From an uncultured Marinobacter sp. (GTDB taxonomy: Bacteria > Pseudomonadota > Gammaproteobacteria > Pseudomonadales > Oleiphilaceae), in NCBI RefSeq assembly GCF_947259545.1, contig NZ_CAMYMK010000003.1, positions 57,469-121,468 on the forward strand: a stretch of DNA of 64,000 nt, in the 5' to 3' direction. The notes under the pieces were generated by a model that made no database searches, was not told the origin of the DNA, and saw nothing but the letters and a program-made list of their open reading frames with translations. Below are positions 1 to 10,551 of this stretch, piece by piece; positions within the stretch are counted from its first letter, which is position 1; each line of letters begins with the position of its first letter. A program made the position numbers and the translations under genes.

Positions 1-832
1 CCTGGAACTTGCCGATGGGTGTGCCGAACTGCTTGCGGGTTTTGATGTATTCGAGGGTGGCGGCGTTCATCGCCTCCATGGCGCCGACAGCTTCGGCACA
101 CAGCGCGGCAATGCCCAGATCCACGGCTTTTTCGATGGCCGGGAAGGCCTCATCGACGGTGCCAATCAGGTTGTCAGCGCTGACGGTGACGTTGCTGAGA
201 CTGATCTCGGCGGTGCGGTGGCCATCGTGAGTGGCGAAGTCATCAACGGTGATGCCTTTGGCGTTGCGATCCACCAGAAACAGGGACAATCCGGATTCGT
301 CGTTCACGTTACCGCTGGTGCGTGCGGAGACGATCAGCTGGTTCGCCTGACCGCCATGGAGTACGGCGGTTTTCTGGCCGCTGATCAGGAAATCGGCGCC
401 GTCCTTGCAGGCGGTGGTCTTTACTTGGCTGAGGTTGTAGCGTGCGCCCGGCTCATTGTGGGCCAGGGCCAGCAGCCGCTCACCACTGGCGATGCCCGGC
501 AGGATATCGGCTTTCTGGGCCTCGTTACCGGCATCGCGGATCAGCCCGCCGGCCAGCACTACCGTGGCGAGGTAGGGTTCCACTACCAGGCCGCGGCCAA
601 AGTTTTCCATCACCACCATGGTGTCGATGGCGTTGCCACCCAGGCCGTCATAGTCTTCGGGGAAGGTGAACCCGAGCAGGCCCATCTCGGCGAAGTTCGC
701 CCAGGTGGCTTTGTCGATACCCGCTCCGGAGCTGATAATCTCCCCACGCTTTTCAAAGCCGTATTCGTTGGTCACGAAGCGGCGCAGGGAATCGTTCAGC
801 ATTTGCTGTTCTTCGGTCAGATCAAAATTCAT
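1..832 (-). CDS. Acyl-CoA dehydrogenase, PimD-like small subunit (3' end runs off the window)
   Basis: Absent from the ORF track; hand translation from ATG at 832 gives MNFDLTEEQQMLNDSLRRFV...EMGLLG...GAMEAMNAATLEYIKTRKQFGTPIGKFQ, a typical ACAD; lies directly after a PimC-like ACAD. Confidence 0.9.
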   Translation of the reverse strand, partial: MNFDLTEEQQMLNDSLRRFVTNEYGFEKRGEIISSGAGIDKATWANFAEMGLLGFTFPEDYDGLGGNAIDTMVVMENFGRGLVVEPYLATVVLAGGLIRDAGNEAQKADILPGIASGERLLALAHNEPGARYNLSQVKTTACKDGADFLISGQKTAVLHGGQANQLIVSARTSGNVNDESGLSLFLVDRNAKGITVDDFATHDGHRTAEISLSNVTVSADNLIGTVDEAFPAIEKAVDLGIAALCAEAVGAMEAMNAATLEYIKTRKQFGTPIGKFQ

Positions 833-868
833 AACGTTTCTCTCCAAACTTCCAGGCTGCCGAATGGG

Positions 869-2056
869 TTACAGACCAAGCACGAGCTGGGCAATGATAT
901 TGCGCTGGATCTCGTTGGACCCGCCGAAGATCGACAGCTTGCGCATGTTGAAGTAGTCGCCGGCAGACGGCGTGGCATCGATAGAACCCGCACGTGGCCC
1001 GTTGTAATCCAGCTCCAGCGCTTCCGGAATATGGGCAATGGCGTCCTGGCCGCCCGCTTCCATCAACATCTCGAACAGCTGCTGACCGATTTCGGTACCG
1101 CGGATTTTAAGGATCGACGCCTGGGGACCGGGGCCACGCTTGTCGGTGAGCACCCGCAAAACTGTCAGCTCAAGAGCACGCAGCTCGGCATCCAGCTGCG
1201 CCAGCCGGTCACGGAAACGGGTGTTCTCAATCAGCGGTCGCTGGCCGTCCTGTTCCTGGTACGCCACCTCTTTCAGGCGCTTCATCATGGCCTTCCACTG
1301 CCCCACGTTGGCGAGGCCGGTGCGCTCATGGCCCAGCAGGAACTTGGCGTAGGTCCAGCCCTGGTTTTCCTCGCCGATCAGGTTCTCGGCCGGCACCTTC
1401 ACGTTGTCGAAGTAGACCTCGTTAATCTCATGCTCGCCGTCCAGCATGATGATGGGCCGAACCTCGATGCCCGGGGTGTTCATGTCGATCAGCAGGAATG
1501 AAATGCCCTGCTGCGGTTTGCCCTCGGTGCTGGTCCGCACCAGACAGAAAATCCAGTCCGCATGCTGGCCCAGAGTGGTCCAGGTTTTCTGGCCGTTGAC
1601 GACATAGTGGTCGCCCTCGCGTTTTGCGGAAGTACGCAGCGACGCCAGATCAGAACCGGCGCCCGGCTCGGAGTAACCCTGGCACCACCAGTCTTCACCG
1701 CTGAGAATGCCCGGCAGAAAGCGTTGTTTCTGCACGTCATTGCCAAAGGTCATGATCACGGGTGCAACCATACGCAGCCCGAAATCCAGCTGGCGGGGCG
1801 CACCGGCAAGGGCACACTCTTCCTCGAAGATAATCTGCTGAATCGGATCCCACCCGGTTCCGCCAAATTCTTCCGGCCAGGTGGATGCACCCCAGCCCTT
1901 ATCAAACAGAATCTTCTGCCAGCGCTCGGTCATCGCCTTATCCGGGCGAAGCCGTTTTTGCACCCGTTCGCGGATGTCGTCCGGCAGGTTGTCGTCAAGA
2001 AACTGGCGAACTTCAGCGCGGAACGCCTCTTGCTCCGGGGTATAATTCAGGTCCAT
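869..2056 (-). CDS. Acyl-CoA dehydrogenase, PimC-like large subunit
   Basis: MDLNYTPEQEAFRAEVR start; WCQGYSEPGAGSDLASL, VNGQKTWTT, IFGGSNEIQRNII motifs. The ORF-track extension to 2344 reads through a repeat element. Confidence 0.92.
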   Translation of the reverse strand: MDLNYTPEQEAFRAEVRQFLDDNLPDDIRERVQKRLRPDKAMTERWQKILFDKGWGASTWPEEFGGTGWDPIQQIIFEEECALAGAPRQLDFGLRMVAPVIMTFGNDVQKQRFLPGILSGEDWWCQGYSEPGAGSDLASLRTSAKREGDHYVVNGQKTWTTLGQHADWIFCLVRTSTEGKPQQGISFLLIDMNTPGIEVRPIIMLDGEHEINEVYFDNVKVPAENLIGEENQGWTYAKFLLGHERTGLANVGQWKAMMKRLKEVAYQEQDGQRPLIENTRFRDRLAQLDAELRALELTVLRVLTDKRGPGPQASILKIRGTEIGQQLFEMLMEAGGQDAIAHIPEALELDYNGPRAGSIDATPSAGDYFNMRKLSIFGGSNEIQRNIIAQLVLGL

Positions 2057-2154
2057 GTTGCACCTCTTGTCTGGTGGCTCAGGTAAATGGTTTTTGGCTT
2101 TTGGAGCTGCCTGTTGGTTCTTAATGCCGCGCCTTCGGAATTGGGTGTTTGCAC

Positions 2155-2259
2155 CGGACGGGTATCCCCTTTCAAAACACGCTCCTTCGGCCCATCCATG
2201 GGGCGCTTGGGCTCCGCCATCCATGGCTCCGCACAGTTTTGAAAGGGGATACCCATCCG
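2155..2259 (+). repeat. Variable-stem cloverleaf repeat, copy 1
   Basis: 24-bp inverted arms (CGGACGGGTATCCCCTTTCAAAAC, 1 mismatch) around core ACGCTCCTTCGGCCCATCCATGGGGCGCTTGGGCTCCGCCATCCATGGCTCCGCACA. Confidence 0.9.
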
Positions 2260-2357
2260 ACGCTTCGAGCCTGTGCGTGCCTGCTCTAATAAATTGACTT
2301 TTTCGGGCCCAGCCCAGCGTTCTAACACTGCACCTGTTGGCCATTGCACAAAGCTCG

Positions 2358-2475
2358 GGGCGCCTGTCAGGTATAGGTGTCCAAAACCGTGCGGAGCCAT
2401 GGATGGCGGAGCCCGAGCGTCACAGGGATGTGCCGTAAGGAGCGTGTTTTGGACACCTATACCTGACAGGTGCCC
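2358..2475 (-). repeat. Variable-stem cloverleaf repeat, copy 2 (opposite orientation to copy 1)
   Basis: About 30-bp arms GGGCGCCTGTCAGGTATAGGTGTCCAAAAC / GTTTTGGACACCTATACCTGACAGGTGCCC; same core in reverse complement. Confidence 0.9.
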
Positions 2476-2503
2476 TCCACCCAGGTTTCAGGCAATCACA
2501 GCT

Positions 2504-3685
2504 TTAGGCAACTTCGAACAATCCCGCAGCACCCATACCAGTGCCTACGCACATAGTCACGACGACGTATTTAACGCCACGGCGCTTGCCTTCGATCAGG
2601 GCGTGGCCAACGAGGCGTGAGCCGGTAGTGCCGTAGGGGTGGCCGACTGCGATGGCGCCGCCGTTGACGTTGAGGCGGTCCATCGGGATGCCGAGTTTGC
2701 GCTGGCAGTAGAGCACCTGAACGGCGAAGGCTTCGTTGAGTTCCCACAGGCCGATGTCGTCGACGGTCAGGCCGGCGCGCTTGAGCAGTTTGGGAACGGC
2801 GAAGACCGGGCCGATGCCCATTTCGTCGGGCTCACAACCGGCAACCGCGAAACCACGGAAGATACCCAGCGGGGTAGCGCCGCGCTGTTCGGCCACCTTG
2901 CTGTCCATCAGCACACAGGCCGAAGCACCGTCGGAGAACTGGCTGGCGTTGCCGGCGGTGACCACGCCGCCTTCCATTGCCGAGCGGATCTTGGTGACGC
3001 CTTCCAGGTTGGTGCCCGGGCGGATGCCTTCGTCCTGGCTGACGGTGACTTCCTGGCTGCTGAGCTGGCCGGTGGCCTTGTCGGCGACGCCCATGGTGGT
3101 GGTGATGGGCACGATTTCGTCGTCGAACTTGCCGTCTTCCCGGGCTTTGGCGGCCAGGGTCTGACTGCGAACGCCGTACTCGTCCATGTCTTCTTTCTTG
3201 ATGTCGTAACGCTTGGCGACCGTCTCAGCGGTATCCAGCATCGACCAGTAGAGTTCCGGCTTGTTCTTGGCCAGCCAGGGTTCCATGAAGTAGTTCTGGT
3301 TGACGTTGGCTTGCACGGTGGAGATGGATTCAACACCACCTGCGACCATCACCGGCACTCGGTCCACGGCAATGTGGTGGGCCGCCATGGCAATCGCCTG
3401 CAGGCCGGACGAGCAGAAGCGGTTGATGGTGGCGCCGGCCACGGACACTGGCAGACCGGCACGGATGGCGCCCATGCGGGCCACGTCGTTACCGGTGGAG
3501 CCTTCGGGCAGGGCGCAGCCCATCAGCACGTCTTCGATTTCGTTGGGGTCGACTTTCGAGCGCTCGACCGCGTGCTGGATGGCGTGACCGGCCAAGGTGG
3601 CGCCGTGGGTCATGTTCAGGCCGCCGCGCCAAGATTTGGCCAGGGGCGTGCGGGCGGTGGATACGATGACAACATCATTGGACAT
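2504..3685 (-). CDS. Acetyl-CoA C-acyltransferase (thiolase), PimB-like
   Basis: [36 protein letters not shown] thiolase motifs. Confidence 0.95.
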   Translation of the reverse strand: MSNDVVIVSTARTPLAKSWRGGLNMTHGATLAGHAIQHAVERSKVDPNEIEDVLMGCALPEGSTGNDVARMGAIRAGLPVSVAGATINRFCSSGLQAIAMAAHHIAVDRVPVMVAGGVESISTVQANVNQNYFMEPWLAKNKPELYWSMLDTAETVAKRYDIKKEDMDEYGVRSQTLAAKAREDGKFDDEIVPITTTMGVADKATGQLSSQEVTVSQDEGIRPGTNLEGVTKIRSAMEGGVVTAGNASQFSDGASACVLMDSKVAEQRGATPLGIFRGFAVAGCEPDEMGIGPVFAVPKLLKRAGLTVDDIGLWELNEAFAVQVLYCQRKLGIPMDRLNVNGGAIAVGHPYGTTGSRLVGHALIEGKRRGVKYVVVTMCVGTGMGAAGLFEVA

Positions 3686-3758
3686 AACAATTCTCCTCAG
3701 GTCGGGGCTGCGGGCCTTCGATAAGGGATAGGCAGCCCCGGATCAATTCGTGGACCGG

Positions 3759-5855
3759 TTATTTAGCGTCGAAACCCTTGCCTTCTTCAGCGCGCTTGGC
3801 CAGCAGCGCCGCCGGCTTCCAGAAGCCTGGCTGGGTGTGGCGGTCTTCGGTGAAGGCCTGCATGGCGCGAACCACGTTGGGCAGGCCAACCTCTTCCGCG
3901 TAATGCATGGGGCCGCCACGGAATACCGGGAAGCCGTAACCGGTCAGGTACACCATGTCGATGTCGGAGGCGCGCTGGGCGATGCCTTCGTCCAGAATCT
4001 GGGCGCCTTCGTTGACCAGGGCGTAGACACAGCGCTCAACGATTTCCTGGTTGCTGATCTTGCGGGGGGTGATGCCCAGTTCGGCACGCACGTCGTCCAC
4101 CACCTTGTCCACTTCTGGATCGTGCAGGGCGTTGCGGTTGCCTGGCTCGTAGCGGTAGAAACCAGCGCCGGTCTTCTGGCCGTAACGGCCCATTTCGCAC
4201 AGGCGGTCAGCGACGACCATCTTCACCATGTCCGGGTTTTCTTCATACTGGCGCTTGCGGATGGCCCAGCCGATGTCGCCGCCGGCCAGGTCGGCCATGC
4301 GCAGCGGGCCCATGGCAAAGCCGAACTTCTCGATGGCCTTGTCGATCTGCTGAACGCTGGCGCCTTCTTCCAGCATCAGCAGAGCTTCGCGCTGATACTG
4401 GTTGATCATGCGGTTGCCAATAAAACCGTCACACACGCCGGACACCACGGCGGTCTTTTTGATCGCCTTGGCCAGCTTCATGGCGGTGGCCAGTACGTCC
4501 TTGGCGGTCTTCTCGCCGCGCACCACTTCCAGCAGCTTCATGATGTTGGCGGGGCTGAAGAAGTGCAGGCCGATGACGTCTTCCGGGCGCTTGGTGAAGC
4601 TGGCGATCTTGTTCAGATCGAGGGTGGAGGTGTTGGAGGCCAGGATGGCGCCCTGTTTGCAGACTTCGTCCAGCTTCTCGAACACGGACTGCTTCACGCC
4701 CATTTCTTCAAATACCGCTTCGATCACCAGGTCGACGTCGCTCAGGTCGTCATAGGTGAGGGACGGGGTGAGCAGCGCCATCTTGGCCTTGGCGTCGTCC
4801 TCACTCATGCGGCCTTTCTTGACCCGGCCTTCGTAGACTTTCTGGATGGCTGCCACGCCGCGGTCCAGACCTTCCTGCTTCATCTCTACCAGTGTTACCG
4901 GGATGCCGGCGTTGAGGAAGTTGATGCTGATACCGGTACCCATGGTGCCACCGCCGATCACACCGACGGACTTGATGTCACGCACCGGAGTATCGGAGGG
5001 CACATCGGCAATCTTGCTGGTCAGGCGCTCGGAGAAAAACGCGTGGCGCAGGGCGCGGGATTCCGGGGTCTGCATCAGGTTCACAAAGGCTTCGCGTTCG
5101 ACCTCCATACCCTTGTCAAAAGGCATGGTCACAGCGGCCTTTACCGCGTCCACGCACTTCAGCGGGGCCGGGTAGTTCTTTGCCATGGCACCTACGGTGT
5201 TACGGGTGAACATGAAGAAGCCTTCCGGATTGGGGTGCTTGGCCTTCAGGTCCCGCACTTTCTTCAGTGGCAGGTTTTCATTGGCGACCTTGGTGGCGTA
5301 GGCAATGGCGGCATCCTGCAGCTCACCCTCCACCAGCTCATCAAACAGGACGCTGCCCTTGAACTGTTTGGCGGGCACGGCGCTGCCGGACACAATCATG
5401 TTCAGGGCGTGTTCGGCGCCGATCACCCGGGGCAGACGCTGGGTGCCGCCGGCGCCCGGCAGCAGGCCCAGTTTCACTTCCGGCAGGGCAATCTGGGCAT
5501 CGGGTTTGGCGATGCGGTAATGGCAACCCAGGGCGAGTTCCAGACCGCCACCCATGCAGGCCCCGCTGATGGCGGCAATGACCGGCTTGCGGCTGCTTTC
5601 CACATAGTTGATGACGGTGTTCAGGTTGGGTTCGGCGGTGGCTTTGGAGGTGCCGAACTCGCTGATGTCGGCGCCGCCGGAGAAAGCGCGGTCGGAGCCG
5701 ATCAGCACAACAGCCTTCACCGCGTCATCGGCTTCCGCCTGGCGGATGCCGTTCACAATGCCCTGGCGCAGGGCCAGGCCCAGGCCGTTGACGGGCGGGT
5801 TGTCGAGTCGGATAACGGCAATGGCGCCGTTGAGATCGTAATGGGCGGTACTCAT
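3759..5855 (-). CDS. Enoyl-CoA hydratase / 3-hydroxyacyl-CoA dehydrogenase multifunctional enzyme, PimF-like
   Basis: Crotonase N-terminus ([34 protein letters not shown]), GVIGGGTMG Rossmann motif, GLHFFSPA; start MSTAHYDL at 5855. Confidence 0.95.
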   Translation of the reverse strand: MSTAHYDLNGAIAVIRLDNPPVNGLGLALRQGIVNGIRQAEADDAVKAVVLIGSDRAFSGGADISEFGTSKATAEPNLNTVINYVESSRKPVIAAISGACMGGGLELALGCHYRIAKPDAQIALPEVKLGLLPGAGGTQRLPRVIGAEHALNMIVSGSAVPAKQFKGSVLFDELVEGELQDAAIAYATKVANENLPLKKVRDLKAKHPNPEGFFMFTRNTVGAMAKNYPAPLKCVDAVKAAVTMPFDKGMEVEREAFVNLMQTPESRALRHAFFSERLTSKIADVPSDTPVRDIKSVGVIGGGTMGTGISINFLNAGIPVTLVEMKQEGLDRGVAAIQKVYEGRVKKGRMSEDDAKAKMALLTPSLTYDDLSDVDLVIEAVFEEMGVKQSVFEKLDEVCKQGAILASNTSTLDLNKIASFTKRPEDVIGLHFFSPANIMKLLEVVRGEKTAKDVLATAMKLAKAIKKTAVVSGVCDGFIGNRMINQYQREALLMLEEGASVQQIDKAIEKFGFAMGPLRMADLAGGDIGWAIRKRQYEENPDMVKMVVADRLCEMGRYGQKTGAGFYRYEPGNRNALHDPEVDKVVDDVRAELGITPRKISNQEIVERCVYALVNEGAQILDEGIAQRASDIDMVYLTGYGFPVFRGGPMHYAEEVGLPNVVRAMQAFTEDRHTQPGFWKPAALLAKRAEEGKGFDAK

Positions 5856-5919
5856 TTGGGCAGCTCCCTGATACTGGAATCGGGTTGATCGTTGGTATGA
5901 AGACGCGCGTTGAAATCTC

Positions 5920-5958
5920 CATACACTGGTGTATTGTTGTTCCATACACTAATGTATG
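5920..5958. promoter_or_regulatory. Two tandem palindromic operators, likely bound by the adjacent TetR regulator
   Basis: CATACACTGGTGTATT (5920-5935) and CATACACTAATGTATG (5943-5958) in the divergent pimF/tetR intergenic region. Confidence 0.7.
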
Positions 5959-6046
5959 TTTTTGGTGGGGTCAACGGTTTCAAATTTGTGGGCTCCGTTA
6001 ATGTAGAATGCACCCGACATCGCCAGCAGCAGGATCTGACTACCGA

Positions 6047-6667
6047 ATGACTGACACCCGACAGCCCCGACGCACCAGCCGCAAGACGCCGGAAAAAGCG
6101 CAACTGACCCGCGACGACTGGCTGGATGCCGCCGCTGGCGAAGTGGCCGCGGGCGGTTTCAGTCATTTGCGGGTGCTGACACTGTCGAAAAAACTGGGTG
6201 TTACCCGGGGCAGTTTCTATTGGCACTTCAAGGACCATGAGGATCTGGTGGTCAGCTTTCTCGACCGCTGGCGGGACCGGCGGCTTCACGAACTTCAGTA
6301 CTGGAAGCCGAAAGGCGGGGATGTGGAAACTGAACTGAAGCAGATTCTGGAACTTCTGCTCACCGATGCCTCCCGTAACATTCGCCGCCTGCAGGTAGAG
6401 CTGGCGGTGCGGGATTTTGCCCGCCGCAACGACTATGCCGCGGATGTGGTGACGGAGGTGGACGAAGCACGGATCAATCAGAACTGTGAACTGTATGAGC
6501 GTCTGAGCAGTGATCCCCAGCGAATCCGCGACCTGTCACTGCTGATGTACGTGGCCACCATAGGATCCCAGGTGGTGCTGACGGGCAAGAAGGGGGATGC
6601 CGAAACCATCCGCCGGGTGGAAGACCTGATGGCACGCCTGGCGCTGGGGCAGCGTGATGACGACTAG
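6047..6667 (+). CDS. TetR/AcrR family transcriptional regulator
   Basis: LTRDDWLDAA...LSKKLGVTRGSFYWHFKD helix-turn-helix. Confidence 0.93.
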   Translation: MTDTRQPRRTSRKTPEKAQLTRDDWLDAAAGEVAAGGFSHLRVLTLSKKLGVTRGSFYWHFKDHEDLVVSFLDRWRDRRLHELQYWKPKGGDVETELKQILELLLTDASRNIRRLQVELAVRDFARRNDYAADVVTEVDEARINQNCELYERLSSDPQRIRDLSLLMYVATIGSQVVLTGKKGDAETIRRVEDLMARLALGQRDDD

Positions 6668-7478
6668 ATGGCTGGCCCTGCTGATGCTTGGCGCCTGCAT
6701 TGGCTTTGTTCAGGCCGCCCCGGCAGCCGACAGTGCTTGCATGGACGGGGCGGAAACGGAGCTGGAGCGGCTTTACTGCCAGGTTGTCCGCGAAGGTGGA
6801 GGTGCCGGCTTGCCCTCCCCAGCGGATTTCAAGCGCAACGATCCGCAGATTCAGGCGTTGCTGTTGCGCCGCCCCGCCGGGCGTCTGGGGCTGGAGGTGC
6901 CAGAGGTCGGTGCTGCGGCAGCGCCAGAGCCACCACCTTCGCAGGCTGATCCCGAAACCGCCGGTTCAGAGCCTGAAGATGCATCGCAACCCCGGGGATA
7001 TTTGTCTGAGTGCCAACTTCAGGGCCAACGCATTACCTGCCCGCAACGCCGTTTCGATCTGGTGACAAACCAGCACAACAGCGAACTGACCGACGGTGTT
7101 CTGGCGCCGGACAACCGCCTCGGGCTTGGTCCGTTCAACGGCGACCGGAATGACGAGGAGGCAGTGCGGCGCTATCTGTCAGATGCCTACGATCGCTATA
7201 TCCCCAAAATGGTGGACATCGGCCTGGGCGCCAGCACCATGAGTTTCACCGCCTTCCATAACGCATTCCACACCATGGAAGACGGTGGTGTCGATTTTGC
7301 CCGGCGCATGGAGCAAACCTTTTCCCTGCTCAAACAGGACAAGAAAAACCTCGCGGTAGATACCCGTTATCACGATGAGCTGCCGGGTGATCTTTCCCTG
7401 TGCATGGTGATTAACCGCGACATCATTGTGTGCGATAACGTGGGCACCAACTGGGTGTTTGTCAGCCCGTCCCGCTAG
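6654..7478 (+). CDS. Hypothetical exported protein
   Basis: Signal-peptide-like N-terminus (WLALLMLGACIGFVQAAPA), Cys pairs, Pro/Ala/Glu linker; overlaps tetR stop. Confidence 0.75.
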   Translation: MMTTRWLALLMLGACIGFVQAAPAADSACMDGAETELERLYCQVVREGGGAGLPSPADFKRNDPQIQALLLRRPAGRLGLEVPEVGAAAAPEPPPSQADPETAGSEPEDASQPRGYLSECQLQGQRITCPQRRFDLVTNQHNSELTDGVLAPDNRLGLGPFNGDRNDEEAVRRYLSDAYDRYIPKMVDIGLGASTMSFTAFHNAFHTMEDGGVDFARRMEQTFSLLKQDKKNLAVDTRYHDELPGDLSLCMVINRDIIVCDNVGTNWVFVSPSR

Positions 7479-7482
7479 GGTT

Positions 7483-8355
7483 TCAGTCGGTTTGCAGGAA
7501 ATCGTTAAGGTAGCCTGCCACCGCGGCCGGCTGTTCCTCCTGCAGGAAGTGCCCCGCCTCCACCTGCTCCACCCGCAGGGACTCAAAACACGTCTCAATG
7601 TGATTGAGGTATTCCGGGATGATCACCTTGTCCTTGTTGCCGTAGACGTACATGGCTGGCATCGGCCAGCGATGCCCTACCGTGGTGGCCCAGCGTTTGG
7701 CGTCATCGCGAAAGGTGCGGTAGAAGTTGGAACTGGTGCCGGGGGTGCCCGGAATCCGGAAGGTGCGCAGGTATTCGTCGAACGCGTCCCGTGGAAAGGG
7801 TTCCCCGTTCCAGGTGCGCAGGAAATGCCCCAGCCAGGTTTCCTCGGCGCCGGGGATCATCGCCTCCGGCAGTCCCGGTGTTTGCATGAAGTGCTGGTAC
7901 CAGTAGGCGGCGCCACTGCCGGAACGGACCTTCTCGATGACTTCCTGATTGCCCTTCAGGTTGTTGATGATGGCAATGTTCATGATCACCATCCGCCGCA
8001 CCCGGTCGGGGATGGCCAGGGCCACTTCCTGGGCGACAATGCCACCCCAGTCATGGCCCACAAGTTGAAAGTCTCCTATGCCCAGGCTGTCCAGCAGGCT
8101 GATCACATCCTGCGCCATTTCCTGTTTGCGATAACGCTCCACTTCCGGGGACCGTTCACTGTCGCCCAACCCCCGCAGGTCCGGAGCAATGATCCGAAAG
8201 CCCGGTTTCAGGTGCGCGGCCACGTGCTCCCAGCAGTAGGAGCTTTCCGGCCAGCCGTGGATCATCACCAGTGGCTGGCCGTCCGGGTTGCCGCCCTCCC
8301 GCCAGGCGAATCGGCCACGGGGTGTCTGTTGCTGTTTCGCGTCGGACAGTTGCAT
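7483..8355 (-). CDS. Alpha/beta hydrolase, epoxide hydrolase / haloacetate dehalogenase-like
   Basis: HGWPE, APDLRGLGDS, GHDWGG (Asp nucleophile), GHFLQEEQP. Confidence 0.9.
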   Translation of the reverse strand: MQLSDAKQQQTPRGRFAWREGGNPDGQPLVMIHGWPESSYCWEHVAAHLKPGFRIIAPDLRGLGDSERSPEVERYRKQEMAQDVISLLDSLGIGDFQLVGHDWGGIVAQEVALAIPDRVRRMVIMNIAIINNLKGNQEVIEKVRSGSGAAYWYQHFMQTPGLPEAMIPGAEETWLGHFLRTWNGEPFPRDAFDEYLRTFRIPGTPGTSSNFYRTFRDDAKRWATTVGHRWPMPAMYVYGNKDKVIIPEYLNHIETCFESLRVEQVEAGHFLQEEQPAAVAGYLNDFLQTD

Positions 8356-8421
8356 TGCGGCACTCCATGTCAGTTAACGGTTCTGGCACGAAACCATAAA
8401 CGGCCCGTCGCGATGGCGCAA

Positions 8422-9333
8422 TCAGTTGGTGCCCACGGGCCGACCCAGCTCCCTGAGTACGGTGTCCACAACCATCGGGCTCCACAACAGACGGTTGTGA
8501 CCCAGACCGCTGGTGCGCAACACCTCCGACCGGGCCCAGTTGCCGGCCACTCGCTGGCTTTCTTCCGGTGAAACGGACGTATCGTCGTCATCGATGACAA
8601 TCAGACCCTGCTGGGTGAGCGACAGAGACAGCGCTTCCAGATCCAGCTTGTCCCAAACCGATGATCCAAACTGCTCTTCCATCAGTTGCAGGTGCACGGA
8701 GAGCGCCTCCGGACTCAGCCCGAATTGTCTGCCCAGGCTCTTCATTGTGGCAGCCAGGCTGACGGGGGGGGCCAGCATGGCCAGGTAGTTGGCCTGGAGC
8801 CCGTCTGCGATAGATCTGGCCACGGCGATGCAGCCGAGGGAGTGCGCCAGCACACCGTGAATCTGGCCAACGCTGGCGGCCACGTGGGTGGTGACGTCCG
8901 CCATTTCGAACAGATCGGTACTTTCGCCCTGGGCGCGACCATGGGCCGGTGCGTCGAACAGGACGACCCGGTAGCCGGCTTCCACCAGCGGGTCGACCCA
9001 GGCGCCGAACTGGATGCCGGCACCGGCCCAACCATGAACACCAAGAATCACCGGGCCCTGGCCCCAGGAATACACCGGGATGGTGCGTGATCCATGCTGG
9101 AGCTGGGTATAGCTGTCGGTGTTGTCCAGCAGGTGTTCGTAGCGGGTGGGCATCGGCAGTCGGGATGGCCTGAATGCCATGCGGTTAAACAGCTGCCCGG
9201 CATTCCGGGGGGATACCCGTGCATACAGTTGCAGTGCCAGCCGCGTGGCGGAGAGCCCGACATTGGTCGGCGCTTTCGCAGGAGTGGCGGAGGGGCGAAA
9301 GATCTCTGGCTGTGTATTCAGTTGTGAGGTCAT
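8422..9333 (-). CDS. Alpha/beta fold serine hydrolase
   Basis: VHGWAG, DAPAHG, AHSLG, GLGHNRLL. Confidence 0.88.
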   Translation of the reverse strand: MTSQLNTQPEIFRPSATPAKAPTNVGLSATRLALQLYARVSPRNAGQLFNRMAFRPSRLPMPTRYEHLLDNTDSYTQLQHGSRTIPVYSWGQGPVILGVHGWAGAGIQFGAWVDPLVEAGYRVVLFDAPAHGRAQGESTDLFEMADVTTHVAASVGQIHGVLAHSLGCIAVARSIADGLQANYLAMLAPPVSLAATMKSLGRQFGLSPEALSVHLQLMEEQFGSSVWDKLDLEALSLSLTQQGLIVIDDDDTSVSPEESQRVAGNWARSEVLRTSGLGHNRLLWSPMVVDTVLRELGRPVGTN

Positions 9334-9446
9334 GGAGAAATTCCTTCTTCGTGCTCTGGTGGATGACAGCTTCAGGTTAGGGCTTGCGGGTTGCTAGTAG
9401 GAGTGTCATATTTGACATATAAAATGCGGAAAGGGCCATTATCAAA

Positions 9447-10448
9447 ATGAACATTGCGATCGTTGCCTTGCCTAACTGCCATGCCTCTGGTGTGCATGGG
9501 GTAATGGATTTCTTTACCGTGGCCAACTACTGCGGTCGCGTGCCCGCCGGTGACCGTGAACCCCTGTTTGACTGTCAGGTGGTGACGGTGGATAACGAGC
9601 CGGTGCGTGCTTACAGCGGTGCCATGGTGACGCCAACGGTTCGTCGCGAAGACTTCCGGCCGGATCTCATCGTGGTGGGTTCCTCTGTGGAGGCTGCGGT
9701 CAGCACAGATCGATTGGAGCGCGCCCTGGCGCCGGCCATACCTCTGCACGGTTGGCTGCAACAGGCTTTTGAGCAGGGCGTTGTGCTGGCGAGTGTGTGC
9801 ACCGGCAGTTTTGTGCTGGCGGAGGCGGGTTTGCTGGACGATCAGGTTGCCACCACTCACTGGCGCGCCGGGCCGTTGTTTCGCAGCCGCTATCCACGCA
9901 TACGGCTGGAGGAAGAGCACCTGCTGGTGGATAACGGCCAGATTATCTGTGCCGGTGGGGCGACGGCGTTCATGGATCTGTGCGTCTACCTGGTGGAACG
10001 CTTTGCGTCACCGTCAGTGGCACTGGCCTGCAGCAAGATGCTGGTGCTGGACGGTCGTCGGGTGGAACAGACGCCCTACATGGCGTTCTACAGCCGCAAG
10101 GCCCATCAGGATGACGCTATCCGCAAGGCGCAAACCTGGCTGGAGCAGCATTACTCCGAGCCGGTCACCATCGATGAAGTCGCCGAGGTTGCCGGTTTAG
10201 GCACGCGAACCTTCAAGCGCCGGTTCAAGGAGGCGACTGGAGAGACACCCATTGGCTATCTCCAGCACCTGCGCATTGAAGCGGCCAAACACAAGCTGGA
10301 GTCGAGCCGCGAGCAGACCGCGCGGATTATCTGGGGTGTGGGTTATGAAGACGCCAGTTCTTTCCGGCGACTGTTCAAGCGGACCGTGGGTTGCACCATG
10401 GAGCAGTATCGAAAGCGCTTCAGCTACGTCACACCGATGGCAGTGTAA
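9447..10448 (+). CDS. GlxA-family AraC regulator with DJ-1/PfpI domain
   Basis: SVCTGSFVLAEAGLLD, ATTHW, C-terminal AraC double HTH (RTFKRRFK...VGYEDASSFRRLFKR). Confidence 0.93.
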   Translation: MNIAIVALPNCHASGVHGVMDFFTVANYCGRVPAGDREPLFDCQVVTVDNEPVRAYSGAMVTPTVRREDFRPDLIVVGSSVEAAVSTDRLERALAPAIPLHGWLQQAFEQGVVLASVCTGSFVLAEAGLLDDQVATTHWRAGPLFRSRYPRIRLEEEHLLVDNGQIICAGGATAFMDLCVYLVERFASPSVALACSKMLVLDGRRVEQTPYMAFYSRKAHQDDAIRKAQTWLEQHYSEPVTIDEVAEVAGLGTRTFKRRFKEATGETPIGYLQHLRIEAAKHKLESSREQTARIIWGVGYEDASSFRRLFKRTVGCTMEQYRKRFSYVTPMAV

Positions 10449-10551
10449 TCGGTCGGAGTTTCTAAGCGTTCATACGTTCACTTCCGTACGGCAGAAAACC
10501 CTTTGACAAGCTATGCTTACCGGCCTTTCATGAACCCTTGGAATACCCGGA

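Noticed and set aside
2057-2344. N-terminal extension of the PimC-like ORF and recurring peptides such as LCGAMDGGAQAPHG (also ORFs 2047-2400, 24583-24861, 27351-27599)
   Set aside because: They are translations of the intergenic cloverleaf repeat, not a protein family
3750-5888. 712-aa plus-strand ORF, and similar long antisense ORFs (218-1501, 2639-3724, 7426-8571, 31478-32509, 49437-50342, 57916-58983)
   Set aside because: Shadow frames of well-supported genes on the opposite strand, common in GC-rich DNA; no motifs or RBS
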